A stretch of 64,000 nucleotides of DNA from Thermodesulfovibrionia bacterium (GCA_041500225.1 JBGQLV010000002.1:5616-69615), one strand, 5' to 3'; counted from the stretch's first letter, positions 1-9,959 are shown. Notes: generated by a model not told the origin, from the letters alone. Translations and numbers: made by a program.

Positions 1-88
1 TAATAAGATCAGATGTAATGCCTGTATATAAAGTCCCGTTTCGTTTGTTACAAAGAATGTAAACATAAAATATCTTCATTCAACATCT

Positions 89-115
89 CTGGATTCCTGC
101 CTCCGCAGGAATGAC
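89..115. repeat. REP-like palindromic element (CTGGATTCCTGC-CTCC-GCAGGAATGAC)
   Basis: The palindrome arms are ATTCCTGC and GCAGGAAT. It belongs to the GTCATTCC/GGAATGAC family seen repeatedly in this window. Confidence 0.8.
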
Positions 116-315
116 GGAACTAATTTATTACTCCTTTATCAAAAATAATATATTACTTTTCTATTAAAGAAACAAGTGGTCAACTTAACATGTGCAATTA
201 TGATTTTTACGTAACAGATGAGCCATTATTAATTAACATCCCTGACAGGGAGTTGCAAAGTAAATTATTTTTACCTATGCTTTAATTAGATACTGTCCAT
301 AAACTCAGGTTTTTT

Positions 316-402
316 GTCATTCCTGCGGAAGCAGGAATCCAGAACCTATTGAAATAACTGGATTCCCTCCGTCAATACGTAAGACGGATTCACGGGAATG
401 AC
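316..402. repeat. composite REP/MITE-like element bounded by GTCATTCC ... GGAATGAC
   Basis: GTCATTCCTGCGGAAGCAGGAATCCAG lies at 316..342. CTGGATTCCCTCCGTC...GACGGATTCACGGGAATGAC lies at 358..402. Confidence 0.8.
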
Positions 403-462
403 GTAAAGGCAATTTATAAACAGACTTTAATCAGACACAGTTTAAAGTATGAGGTAAGTAAC

Positions 463-1104
463 ATGATTTATAAAGATAGAAAAGATGCAGGGCTACAGCT
501 TGCTTCGAGGCTGACAAAATACAAAGACAGAGAAGATGTGCTTGTGCTTGCCCTTCCGAGGGGCGGGGTTGTTATTGGGTATGAAGTCGCAAAGGCATTG
601 AATTGTCTTCTCGATGTAATAATAATCAGAAAAATCGGCTTCCCGGGTCAGACTGAGCTGGCCATAGGTGCAGTCTCTGAGACAGGCGCTGTTGTATTAA
701 ATGAAGATATAATATCAACATACACGGTTTCAAAGGAATATATTGAAGAGGAAATTTCAAGGCAGAAGAAAGAGATTTCAAGAAGGATAACCCTTTATCG
801 CAGCGGAAAAGGTATCCCCCCTCTTGATGGAAAGATTATTATACTGGTTGATGACGGCGTTGCAACCGGTGCAACCATAAAGGCTGCTATATCCACTTTG
901 AAAAAGGAAAAAATAGTCAGGCTTGTTGCTGCCCTGCCTGTTTCATCGAAAGATGCAGAAGAAGAGATTAAGAAGACGGTTGATGAATGGGTCTGTCCTG
1001 AAACACCTCTTGATTTTGCAGCTGTTGGCAATTATTATCAGGATTTTACACAGGTAAGTGATGAAGAGGTAGTAGAACTTTTAAAGCAAAAGACAAAAGA
1101 TTAA
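463..1104 (+). CDS. phosphoribosyltransferase family protein
   Basis: 213-aa ORF. It has the PRPP-binding loop IILVDDGVATGATIKAAI and the N-terminal LALPRGGVVIG typical of type I phosphoribosyltransferases. A GAGG Shine-Dalgarno lies about 8 nt upstream of the ATG. Confidence 0.8.
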   Translation: MIYKDRKDAGLQLASRLTKYKDREDVLVLALPRGGVVIGYEVAKALNCLLDVIIIRKIGFPGQTELAIGAVSETGAVVLNEDIISTYTVSKEYIEEEISRQKKEISRRITLYRSGKGIPPLDGKIIILVDDGVATGATIKAAISTLKKEKIVRLVAALPVSSKDAEEEIKKTVDEWVCPETPLDFAAVGNYYQDFTQVSDEEVVELLKQKTKD

Positions 1105-1129
1105 ATTCCTTTTCATCAAAGCTATTCCT

Positions 1130-1564
1130 CTATAACTTTAAAAGAGTTAACCCTGACGCCTGATCAAACTCTCTTCGGGCAGTAACACCTTCTATCTCTA
1201 TGATTACAGCCTCAAGGACAAGGAATGTCTCAGAAGTTTCCCTCAGGCAGCCAACCTTTATCATATCCTTTTTCCCAAATGCTCCGTGGAAATGGATCTT
1301 TGGATCGTCTTCCTGCCAGAATATGGTGCCTATGCCCAAAACCTCATGGCTCTCTTTTATCTCTTTCCATACAGGTTTCGGAGGCAGCTCTTCCTTTTCC
1401 GGTCCAACAACAACCCTACCCTGCCTGAGACCCCCGATTAAATAGAATACAGCACTTCTTATATTCTCTTTTTTTGCAATATCAGCAATGTTCTTAAGCG
1501 CATCCTCTCTATCTTCAAATCTTGCGACAATAACCCGTCCAATTTCCCCTACCTGGTATTTCAT
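1130..1564 (-). CDS. PPC/DUF296-domain protein (PD1-like fold)
   Basis: 144-aa ORF. Its overall pattern (GRVIVARFEDREDAL...AVFYLIGGLRQGRVVVGPEKEE...HFHGAFGK) resembles the DUF296/PPC family as I remember it. No catalytic motif was identified. Confidence 0.55.
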   Translation of the reverse strand: MKYQVGEIGRVIVARFEDREDALKNIADIAKKENIRSAVFYLIGGLRQGRVVVGPEKEELPPKPVWKEIKESHEVLGIGTIFWQEDDPKIHFHGAFGKKDMIKVGCLRETSETFLVLEAVIIEIEGVTARREFDQASGLTLLKL

Positions 1565-1571
1565 ATTTCTC

Positions 1572-2150
1572 CTAAATACTCTGATATTGTTGGGAGATAA
1601 AGTTTAAAAGGCCCTGTACCCTTTTGACAAGATTCTCGGGATCAGGGTCGGTCCCTTTATTGACATAATGTGCAGGTGCAAGAAGTTCCATCTTCCTTCT
1701 AAAACCTTCGTCAGCCTTTATACCTGAAAAGAATACAATTGGAACCTTTATTATGCTGTCCTTCTCTTCGAGTGCCCTCAAAGTCCTTGCAGCAGTAAGG
1801 CCATCCATCACAGGCATATTAAGGTCAATTATTGCAAAGCTAACCCTGACATTTCTTTTCAATAGTTTCGCATACTCTGAGATGAGCTCAAGGCCATTTG
1901 TTACTGCCATAACCTCACTGGCTATTGCCTTTTTCAATATCAGCTCCTTAAGAAGTGTTCTTGTAAATTTCGAATCCTCTGCAATAAGTGCATATGTATT
2001 TATAGAACTCTTTGTGTCTTCCCAGAGGTTCTCTATACCCAGTGTAAAACCACAATAAGAACATGTAAGTTCCCTTCTCTCGTTTCTTACTACCACATTG
2101 TAAGGAACATCCTCACCACAGCATAGACAATATTTCTTACCTTCTTCCAT
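1572..2150 (-). CDS. response-regulator receiver protein with N-terminal zinc ribbon
   Basis: The N-terminus has CLCCG...CSYCG, a four-Cys ribbon. The C-terminal REC domain has the phospho-acceptor context IIDLNMPVMDG. No DNA-binding output domain is present. Confidence 0.7.
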   Translation of the reverse strand: MEEGKKYCLCCGEDVPYNVVVRNERRELTCSYCGFTLGIENLWEDTKSSINTYALIAEDSKFTRTLLKELILKKAIASEVMAVTNGLELISEYAKLLKRNVRVSFAIIDLNMPVMDGLTAARTLRALEEKDSIIKVPIVFFSGIKADEGFRRKMELLAPAHYVNKGTDPDPENLVKRVQGLLNFISQQYQSI

Positions 2151-2220
2151 GCTTATAATTTATAATTACCCGACAGTATTTGCAAGTAAACCCAAACGTT
2201 GCAAAAAAGACAGGGCAGAT

Positions 2221-2236
2221 CCCGAAAGCTTTCGGG
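2221..2236. repeat. 16-nt palindrome CCCGAAAGCTTTCGGG (repeat-family core)
   Basis: The identical 16-mer recurs at 34518..34533 and 50380..50395. A one-mismatch variant (CCCGAAAGCATTCGGG) lies at 22675..22690. Confidence 0.85.
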
Positions 2237-2267
2237 AAAAAACCCCGTCAAAGCGAAAGGAATTTGG

Positions 2268-4061
2268 ATGAAACAGATTACATGGAATCTTAAACAGCTC
2301 TTTGACAGTGATGATGATTCAGGGATAGAAGAAAAAAGAAAGGTAGTCGAACAAAATAGTTATGAATTTATTAATAAGTGGAAGAACCGTAAAGATTATC
2401 TAAAAGACCCTGTGATACTCAAGCAGGCGTTAGCCGAATATGAAAAATGGAAAAGAGATTGCGGCACTGACGGTGATGAAGGATATTATTTCTGGCTTCG
2501 AACTACACAGGATCAGAATAATCCAAAACTTAAAGCTAATTTCAATAAGATTGAAAGTTTCAGCAAAAGGATAGAAAACGACATCCAGTTTTTTCACCTT
2601 CGAATAGCCAATATCCCCAAAAGACATCAAACAAAATTTCTTGAATACATTGGACTGAAAGATTATAAGCATCTTCTGGAGCGCATGTTTGCAGGATCCA
2701 GATATTTACTGAGTGAACCTGAAGAAAAGATTTTGAACCTCAAGACATCAACTTCCTATTCTAACTGGGTAAAGATGACGTCTGGTTTTCTGGCAAAAGA
2801 AGAAAGAAAAGTCATCCTGGAGGATGGCAGCAAAGGCGTTAAGACTTTTTCAGAAATACTGAGCCTGATAAATAGTAAAAATAAAGAGGTGAGAGATTCT
2901 TCATCAAATGCCTTTAATGATATATTGTATAAAAACGTTGAAGTCGCTGAGGCTGAAATTAATTCTGTACTGGCAAACAAAAAGGTAGATGATGAACTCC
3001 GCACGGTATCGAGGCCAGACCTTACCAGACACATAAGTGACGATATAGACAGTGAAATCGTGGATGCCCTCATAAAAGCAGTTTCTGACAGGTTCAATAT
3101 TTCTTCAAGGTATTATGAGTTAAAGGCCAGGCTTATGAGAGTCAAAAGATTGAAATACCATGAAAGGAACGTGGAATATGGAAATATCAACAAGAAATAT
3201 TCCTATAATGAATCCATTAAACTCATTTATAAAGTCTTTAAAAATCTCGACAGTAAGTTTGCTGATATCCTTACTGGATTTGTGGGAAACAGCCAGTTTG
3301 ATGTTTATCCAAGAAAAGGAAAGGTAAGCGGTGCATTTTGTGCTCATCATCTTATTTCACAGCCGACCTATATTCTCTTAAACCATACTGAAAAACTCCG
3401 TGATGTCCTGACCTTAGCCCACGAACTGGGCCATGGAATAAATAATGAGCTGATCAGGGAAAAACAGAATGCACTGAATTTTGGGACACCGACGTCCACA
3501 GCCGAGGTTGCCAGTACCTTTATGGAAGATTTTGTACTTCAGGAAATACTCAAACAGGCTGATGATGAGTTAAGGCTTTCTATTATGGTTATGAAACTTA
3601 ACGATGACGTTTCAACTATATTCAGACAGATAGCTTGCTATAAATTTGAACAGGAACTTCATCAGGAATTCAGGCAAAAAGGTTATTTATCAAAAGAAGA
3701 AATGGGGAGACTTTTCCAGAAACACATGTCGTCGTATATGGGTGATTTTGTTGAACAGTCTGCCGGCTCAGAAAATTGGTGGGTGCATTGGAGCCATATC
3801 CGAAGCTTCTTCTATGTTTATTCATATGCGAGCGGTCTGTTGATATCCAAGTCACTCCAGAATTCTGTTAAAGACACGCCGAAATTTATAGAAAAGGTTA
3901 AAGAGTTTTTATCAGCAGGTTTATCAGATTCTCCAAAAAATATTTTCAAAAAACTCGGGGTGGATATAACAGACAGAAGTTTCTGGAACAAAGGACTTGA
4001 TGAAGTAGAAAACTTATTACAAGAAACCACAAATATAGCCAGAAAATTAGGCAAAATTTAG
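2268..4061 (+). CDS. pepF: oligoendopeptidase F (M3B metallopeptidase)
   Basis: It carries the HELGHG zinc motif (HEXXH) and has a typical M3B length. I moved the start to ATG 2268, which has GAAAGGA upstream, because 2199..2267 overlaps a palindromic repeat element (2221..2236). Confidence 0.85.
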   Translation: MKQITWNLKQLFDSDDDSGIEEKRKVVEQNSYEFINKWKNRKDYLKDPVILKQALAEYEKWKRDCGTDGDEGYYFWLRTTQDQNNPKLKANFNKIESFSKRIENDIQFFHLRIANIPKRHQTKFLEYIGLKDYKHLLERMFAGSRYLLSEPEEKILNLKTSTSYSNWVKMTSGFLAKEERKVILEDGSKGVKTFSEILSLINSKNKEVRDSSSNAFNDILYKNVEVAEAEINSVLANKKVDDELRTVSRPDLTRHISDDIDSEIVDALIKAVSDRFNISSRYYELKARLMRVKRLKYHERNVEYGNINKKYSYNESIKLIYKVFKNLDSKFADILTGFVGNSQFDVYPRKGKVSGAFCAHHLISQPTYILLNHTEKLRDVLTLAHELGHGINNELIREKQNALNFGTPTSTAEVASTFMEDFVLQEILKQADDELRLSIMVMKLNDDVSTIFRQIACYKFEQELHQEFRQKGYLSKEEMGRLFQKHMSSYMGDFVEQSAGSENWWVHWSHIRSFFYVYSYASGLLISKSLQNSVKDTPKFIEKVKEFLSAGLSDSPKNIFKKLGVDITDRSFWNKGLDEVENLLQETTNIARKLGKI

Positions 4062-5242
4062 GTAATATTGTTCTCTTTATGCTTCTTCAAAATTTTATCC
4101 GCTAACACATCCAGTGCTTTTAAATCTTCCTCTTTGGGGGAACCTTTGATAATAACTGGCTCAAGGACATCTATCTTGAGATTTGTCAGCATTCCTTTAA
4201 TCAGCTCTAACATTCTTCCACCCCAGCCATAAGAACCGATCACAGATGCAAATTTCAATTTTGGTCTTAAGGCATTCACAAGATAAGTTGCATAAACAAC
4301 ACTCGGATGCGGACCGACCAGAACAGTAGGTGTGGCGATTATTATAGTAGCGGCATCCACAAGAGCCATCGCCAGTTCTCCGATATCTGTTTTCGTTAAA
4401 TTAAATGGCTTTACAGTTATACCTCTTTCAATTAAAGCATCTACAAGGTGGTCTATCATTTTTTTCGTACTGCCATGCATTGAGATATACGGGATAATCA
4501 CCTCATTCTTTACTTCATCTGAAACCCATTCTTTGTATGCATTCAGGATGAATTCAGGCTTTGGGTAAACTAAACCATGGCTTGGCGCAATTATTTCGAC
4601 TTCTAATCCCTTTATGACTTCCAGATGTTTCTTTATACTCGTTCTAAATGGCATCATAATCTCTGCATAGTATCGCTTGGCTGACTCATATACTTTTGCC
4701 TCATCCGATACAAACAATTCGCTTGCCGCAAGATGTGAACCTAAGAAATCGCAGGTGAATAAGATTTTATCCTCTTTCAGAAAAGTAAACATTGTCTCAG
4801 GCCAGTGAACCCAGGGCGCTGAAATAAATTCCAGTGTTTTATTCCCCAGCGAAATCGTTTCCCTGTCATTAACAGTTATAAATTTGTCCTCAGGGAGTAA
4901 AAGCAAATCCTTGAGAAAGTCTTTGCATTTTGGATTAGTTACAACCTTAGCATCTGGATAAAGCTCCAGGATTTTCGGTATTGACCCTGAATGATCCTGC
5001 TCAGCGTGGTTAGCAATAACATAATCAATGACCTTAATGCCAAGTTTCCCAAGATTACTTATTAGTTCATATTCTTTTGTTGGGTCAACAGTATCTATCA
5101 ACGCTGTTTTTTCACTGCCTTTTATCAGATAGGAGTTATAACTTGTTCCGTCGGGAAGCGGTATAAGTTCATCAAATAATCTTCTATCCCAGTCTATTGC
5201 ACCGACTGAGTAAATACCGGTTTTTATTTCTCTTGCAGCCAT
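4058..5242 (-). CDS. flavodiiron protein (metallo-beta-lactamase-like diiron domain + flavodoxin-like domain)
   Basis: The diiron ligand motif is NHAEQDHSGS (H-x-E-x-D-H). The C-terminal flavodoxin-like segment is IIPYISMHGSTKKM. Its 394-aa length is typical of class A FDPs. Confidence 0.85.
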   Translation of the reverse strand: MAAREIKTGIYSVGAIDWDRRLFDELIPLPDGTSYNSYLIKGSEKTALIDTVDPTKEYELISNLGKLGIKVIDYVIANHAEQDHSGSIPKILELYPDAKVVTNPKCKDFLKDLLLLPEDKFITVNDRETISLGNKTLEFISAPWVHWPETMFTFLKEDKILFTCDFLGSHLAASELFVSDEAKVYESAKRYYAEIMMPFRTSIKKHLEVIKGLEVEIIAPSHGLVYPKPEFILNAYKEWVSDEVKNEVIIPYISMHGSTKKMIDHLVDALIERGITVKPFNLTKTDIGELAMALVDAATIIIATPTVLVGPHPSVVYATYLVNALRPKLKFASVIGSYGWGGRMLELIKGMLTNLKIDVLEPVIIKGSPKEEDLKALDVLADKILKKHKENNIT

Positions 5243-5350
5243 TTTTAAGTCTCCCTTTCAAGTATTTCCTTGAGCACAACAGCATTGTTATACTCAACAT
5301 CTTTTGCTGAAAATAAAAGAGTAATTCTCTTCTTTCTTGCCTCGGTTTTT

Positions 5351-5611
5351 TTACTCTTTTTCGATTATCTCAAAATTCTTTATGAATTGACCAACCTGGA
5401 CACCGAGATAAACGCATTTGATTCCATCTATACATTCATCGGCATCTTTTTTCTCAAGATGTGTTGTTAGTTCATGCTTGCCTTTCTTAAATGTTACAAT
5501 GTAAGCATTCTTTTCCTTATTAAAATCAAGACCAACTGAGATGCCATGTTTTGTTATATCCGGATACATCTCCATTATTTTATCCTTCAAAGCAACATTT
5601 GTGTAACCCAT
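5351..5611 (-). CDS. small hypothetical protein (86 aa)
   Basis: An ORF with normal composition sits between the FDP and rubrerythrin-like genes on the same strand. I recognised no motif. Confidence 0.45.
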   Translation of the reverse strand: MGYTNVALKDKIMEMYPDITKHGISVGLDFNKEKNAYIVTFKKGKHELTTHLEKKDADECIDGIKCVYLGVQVGQFIKNFEIIEKE

Positions 5612-5662
5612 AAGCCCTCCTTTTAATTAATAGAAGTCTAAGATTAACCCTGAACTTTTATA

Positions 5663-6169
5663 TTATGCCCAGGGAGTCCCGCCATCCACAATGCTGTGCT
5701 CCTCCCACATGAACCAGCTTCCAGAGTCTGAAAGGAAAAAGTATGTATTTGCAAATATGTCATAGTGCTGCTGTTCCTCTTTGATAAGCTTCTCAAAGAG
5801 AGCTTTTTCCTTTGGAGTTTGAACCTCATTTACTGCTTTCTTATAAAACTCAATGCTATCTTTCTCCATCTGCATGGCAATCTTCAGAGCCTCCATTTCA
5901 TCTGTTGTTGACTCAATCTTTTCAAGTAAGGCATCCTTATTTTCTTCAAAGACGTTCTTTATCTTTTCCATTGGTCTTGCAAGATCATGGACCTTTATAT
6001 CGAGCCCCTCCAATATGCACTCAAAGTTTTCAAGATGTCCCTCTTCATCTTCCATGATTGACAGGAACATTTTTTTTCCAATCGGATGTCTTGTCTTTTC
6101 TGCAGCCTCTTTATAGAAGGCTATTGCATCAGTCTCTGTCTTTATAGCTATTTTAATAGCATTCGTCAT
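5663..6169 (-). CDS. rubrerythrin-like ferritin-fold diiron protein (no rubredoxin domain)
   Basis: There are two helix pairs with E...ExxH ligand patterns (TETDAIAFY...EDEEGHLENF and QMEKDSIEFY...KEEQQHYDIF). No CxxC rubredoxin tail is present. Confidence 0.75.
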   Translation of the reverse strand: MTNAIKIAIKTETDAIAFYKEAAEKTRHPIGKKMFLSIMEDEEGHLENFECILEGLDIKVHDLARPMEKIKNVFEENKDALLEKIESTTDEMEALKIAMQMEKDSIEFYKKAVNEVQTPKEKALFEKLIKEEQQHYDIFANTYFFLSDSGSWFMWEEHSIVDGGTPWA

Positions 6170-6228
6170 AATGCCTCCTTTTATATATCTCTATAATCTG
6201 TTTTTAAAGGGCATTCCGCTCCGACTTC

Positions 6229-7476
6229 TTATTTCATGCGGCTTTTTTGGAGCTCTTTAGCCATCTCTTTAATTTCTGTCAAGTCCCGCTGCATTTCACT
6301 CCAGCCATACCAAAGTGCATAGTCAGGATTAGCATGAAATGTTCCCTGAAATGTCCTCATCCGGTGTTCGAGAAACATAACAAATAGTTTTTGTTCAATC
6401 ACAGTTGGTGCATCATGGAATGTGAGCAGGTCGGGAAATGGATAAGCGTAGTTCTTCGGTTTATCAATTATACCCTCTTTGTATAAAGCGGCGACAGTGC
6501 GAATCGCCTCAGCCATGAGCCTATCAGACTCTTTGATCATCTGATCGCCTTTTTCTAACTCTGCCTTAGCAAAATTAATGGAATGACATTGGTTACAGGT
6601 CTTCACCATCTTATCGCGTTCTTTTTGCCAATCCTCCTGCGTCAGCCGGGCAATATTTGCAGCCCTTACAACGTCAAGTCGGGCTGTTGGTTTCCCATCA
6701 GGGTCTAGCACGCCAAGCCCTTGAAGAACAGTCGTACGGTCAGCAGTCCATTGCTTGTCTTCAGGCATTGGCAGTCTCACAGCGAGGAATCCCCATGCTG
6801 TTTTATTAGCATGGTTGCCATCTTGCAGATGGCAGGTCTGGCATGTTGGTGCAGCAACAGTTTCGGGAAGGGTCTTGTTCTGCTTTAATAAATACCGGAC
6901 GCCATGTTTGGAAGATGAATACATCTCCCATTGAGGGTGGTCAAATCCCATATGGCAGGTTTGGCAGGCCTGTGGCTGACTTGCCTCCTTAACGGAGAAG
7001 GTATGCCTTGTATGGCAAGCATCGCATGAAGCAACACCAAATCCTGCACCACCTTTTTTCAACTCTTGTATCTCGGCCCCGGTCTTCAATCCGATTTTGT
7101 GGCAACCACCGCAACCTTTCATCCCTTCCATCAGGGCCATCGGCTGCCAGTGTGCTGTTGGCATAGCTTTCATTGCAGCCCATGCGACAGCGTGTTTCCC
7201 ACCCTTGAATTGTTGTACCTGCGTTCCATGGCAAATTGCACATGTTTCCGGCGTTGGAATTCGGACATTCGCTATATCCTGAGCAGATTTATGTTGATCG
7301 CTATGGCATACCGAGCAGTTGACGCCACCTTGACTGTGTTTGCTCAGTTGCCAATCAGAGACGATGCTGGGGGTAATCTGTTTATGGCAGTCCACACATT
7401 CTTGAGCTGAAGCACCAGAAACAATAAGGATGCCCCATAAAATAATAAAAAACGTCCGGAATATAAATGGCTGCAT
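6229..7476 (-). CDS. secreted octaheme cytochrome c, hydroxylamine oxidoreductase (HAO) family
   Basis: It has eight CxxCH motifs (CVDCH, CSVCH, CAICH, CGGCH, CDACH, CQTCH, CQTCH, CNQCH). The N-terminal signal peptide ends ASA-QE. The C-terminal CNQCHSINFAKAELEKGD...LYKEG pattern recalls the HAO family. Confidence 0.8.
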   Translation of the reverse strand: MQPFIFRTFFIILWGILIVSGASAQECVDCHKQITPSIVSDWQLSKHSQGGVNCSVCHSDQHKSAQDIANVRIPTPETCAICHGTQVQQFKGGKHAVAWAAMKAMPTAHWQPMALMEGMKGCGGCHKIGLKTGAEIQELKKGGAGFGVASCDACHTRHTFSVKEASQPQACQTCHMGFDHPQWEMYSSSKHGVRYLLKQNKTLPETVAAPTCQTCHLQDGNHANKTAWGFLAVRLPMPEDKQWTADRTTVLQGLGVLDPDGKPTARLDVVRAANIARLTQEDWQKERDKMVKTCNQCHSINFAKAELEKGDQMIKESDRLMAEAIRTVAALYKEGIIDKPKNYAYPFPDLLTFHDAPTVIEQKLFVMFLEHRMRTFQGTFHANPDYALWYGWSEMQRDLTEIKEMAKELQKSRMK

Positions 7477-7592
7477 ATTTACCTCCTTAACAATTTCTTC
7501 TTTTTTGACTGTTTGTTTAATTCTAAACCCTTTAATTAAATTGTATCGTAAAAACTTTGTCTGTCAATAAGAATATGTGTTCCTCTAATCTC

Positions 7593-8624
7593 TCACAACT
7601 TGATGCCAGGCCAGTTTTCGATGGGATCAGTAGAGCAGATCACATGCATTCCGGCATCGGCAAATCTCTGGAATGCGGCGTTAGCCTGATCCGTATAATC
7701 TATGACTCCAGGTACAACGACCGGAGATGTACAATCTTTTAGAAGATATACTTTCTCTACCAGGCGCCTATCTTGAGCAAGAATGTCTTTTAAGAAATCG
7801 GCAATTGTCCAGGCGACACAATGACTCTTGGCTTGCCCGGCGATGATAACGGCATCAAATTGCAGGAGTTTCTTGAAAAACTTGTCGCTTTTCCGGGCAA
7901 TCGACTCTCCGTCCGGACCATACAACACTTCCGGACCAAGAACAGAGTAATGCTCGGTAAATGGCTTGTCTCCTTTGATATGAAAATCAGGCTGACTATA
8001 TCGGGCTATTCCATGGAAAAAGATCGCTTCCTCAACAGACGCAACCAGGGCATGGCCAACACCTCCCAACATGGCATGATATGGCCATATTGTTAGATCA
8101 TATTTACCACCCTCTTTTAGTTTTTTTGCATAATGCAGGAGATGCCGCTGCCCGAAATCCTCATTGATCTGAAAACTGTAACAAAGCGCAGGGTTAAATT
8201 TCCAAACGCCTTTCTGAATATCTTCTTCGAAAATGAGCGTGAAAGGCGCAGGGTGTTCTCCCTTATCATTGACCAAATAGATGGAATGAAAAATCTGCAT
8301 CGCCTGGTGTGTATCCATCGTTGGACAAATCTGAGTGATCACATCAAGATTTCGGTAAATGAATTCACACAGCCTTCTATTGTCGTCAATCGCCCCTGTG
8401 CCTGAACGTCCACCCACATATAATTCAAATCCAGGGATACAAAACGTATTTTGTACGTCTACGGCAACTAAACAGACCTTGAATACATCATTGGCAGCAG
8501 GTCTTATGTTATGCTTCTCCGCCCACTTCCTGGCCTCTTCAGACATTTCCTGATAAGAAACTTTCCGAACCTCTCCAACTTTTGCGGGGTTAAAATGAGG
8601 TGGAACAGGTAAATCATCACGCAT
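7593..8624 (-). CDS. isochorismatase-family cysteine hydrolase (nicotinamidase-like)
   Basis: It has VAVDVQNTFC (catalytic Asp context) and AGQAKSHCVAWT (nucleophile Cys context). The fold family is inferred from these motifs only. Confidence 0.65.
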   Translation of the reverse strand: MRDDLPVPPHFNPAKVGEVRKVSYQEMSEEARKWAEKHNIRPAANDVFKVCLVAVDVQNTFCIPGFELYVGGRSGTGAIDDNRRLCEFIYRNLDVITQICPTMDTHQAMQIFHSIYLVNDKGEHPAPFTLIFEEDIQKGVWKFNPALCYSFQINEDFGQRHLLHYAKKLKEGGKYDLTIWPYHAMLGGVGHALVASVEEAIFFHGIARYSQPDFHIKGDKPFTEHYSVLGPEVLYGPDGESIARKSDKFFKKLLQFDAVIIAGQAKSHCVAWTIADFLKDILAQDRRLVEKVYLLKDCTSPVVVPGVIDYTDQANAAFQRFADAGMHVICSTDPIENWPGIKL

Positions 8625-8868
8625 TATATAGTTCCTCCTTTAATCACTCCCCTGAATCTCCGACTATTTTAACCTTAATGTTGCAAAAACTTTTCTTGAT
8701 TTGGCAGGCAGATGTGTTGAAAAAGCCATATCAGCAACTCCTTACAGCCCTTCAATGTGGCCAGCCAGCCTCATGCCAAAAGACACTCACTGTGAGATTT
8801 GCAGTCATGTGAATCAGGATGAAACCTTGTTGCTTTATATGGGTTTTTCAGCACGTCTGTCTGCCTTT

Positions 8869-9360
8869 TTATGCAACGTTTGGGTTAAATTTCTCTCTCA
8901 ATGCCCTTTCAACCTCTTTAGTGACAAGACCTTTAACAGCGCCGCCATAGGACGCTATTTCCTTTACTATGCTTGAAGTTAAAAAACTGTATTCCTCACT
9001 CGGCATCATAAATACTGTCTCGATATTTGTGTTAAGCCTCCTGTTCATGTGAGCCATCTGGAGTTCATACTCAAAGTCAGAGACTGCCCTTAAACCCCGG
9101 AGAATCGCAACTCCCCTCTTTTCCCTGACATATTCGATAAGCAGGCCGTTAAATGCCTCAACCTTTACTCTTTTAAACCTCTTAATCGCAGATCTTATCA
9201 TCTTTAACCTCTCCTTAAGAGGAAAAAGAGGTTGTTTTCTATGACTTGGCGCTACTGCAATTATCACCTCGTCGAATATCATTAGACCCCTTTTAACAAG
9301 ATCAAGATGTCCGTTGGTTATAGGATCAAAAGTACCAGGATAGATCGCTATTTTTTTCAT
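8869..9360 (-). CDS. coaD: phosphopantetheine adenylyltransferase
   Basis: The N-terminus [22 protein letters not shown] carries the T/HxGH nucleotidyltransferase motif. The 163-aa length also fits. Confidence 0.95.
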   Translation of the reverse strand: MKKIAIYPGTFDPITNGHLDLVKRGLMIFDEVIIAVAPSHRKQPLFPLKERLKMIRSAIKRFKRVKVEAFNGLLIEYVREKRGVAILRGLRAVSDFEYELQMAHMNRRLNTNIETVFMMPSEEYSFLTSSIVKEIASYGGAVKGLVTKEVERALREKFNPNVA

Positions 9361-9377
9361 AACTCACCCTTTCCGTC

Positions 9378-9959
9378 TTACTTATTGACGGACTTTCTGT
9401 AAAATGTCAGCATCGTATCACCATACCTGTAGCTTCTGTCTATCTTTAATTCACCTGCTGTTTCAGGCATTTCCCTCTTAAAAAAGTGTTCCACTATTAC
9501 TACTCCACTTTTATTTAAAAGTCCTTTTTCTCCAATCATTGGAAGTACTTTCTTTATCTCCTCAGAATGGTATGGCGGATCAACGAAAAAAATATCGAAA
9601 TTCTCTTTTTTAGAAGATGATTTTTCAAGGAATTCGTGCGCCCTGCTCTTAAACACCTGTGCCTTTTCTCGAAATCCAAATTCATCAGCATTCTTCTTAA
9701 TTGTAATAGCTCTTAAATCATTCGGTTCCACAAATATAGCACTGCTTGCTCCTCTTGACAATGCCTCAAACCCTACAGTTCCTGTACCTGCATAAAGATC
9801 AACAAAACTTGCATCCAAGATTCTCTCTCTTAATATATCAAAAAGCGCTTCTCTTACCTTTGAAGAAGTTGGCCTGAGTTTTTCCCTTTCCGATGTCTTT
9901 GATAATAACCTTTTTGTAGCTGTGCGTCTTCCTTTAGCAATACCACCCGAAATCCTCAT
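9378..9959 (-). CDS. rsmD: 16S rRNA (guanine966-N2)-methyltransferase RsmD family
   Basis: The SAM motif is DLYAGTGTVGFEALSRGA and the DPPY motif is FFVDPPY. It is adjacent to coaD, which is a common arrangement. Confidence 0.85.
   Translation of the reverse strand: MRISGGIAKGRRTATKRLLSKTSEREKLRPTSSKVREALFDILRERILDASFVDLYAGTGTVGFEALSRGASSAIFVEPNDLRAITIKKNADEFGFREKAQVFKSRAHEFLEKSSSKKENFDIFFVDPPYHSEEIKKVLPMIGEKGLLNKSGVVIVEHFFKREMPETAGELKIDRSYRYGDTMLTFYRKSVNK

Noticed and set aside
2199-2267. N-terminal extension of pepF (MQKRQGRSRKLSGKNPVKAKGIW)
   Set aside because: The extension is encoded by the CCCGAAAGCTTTCGGG repeat element. A better ATG with an RBS lies at 2268.
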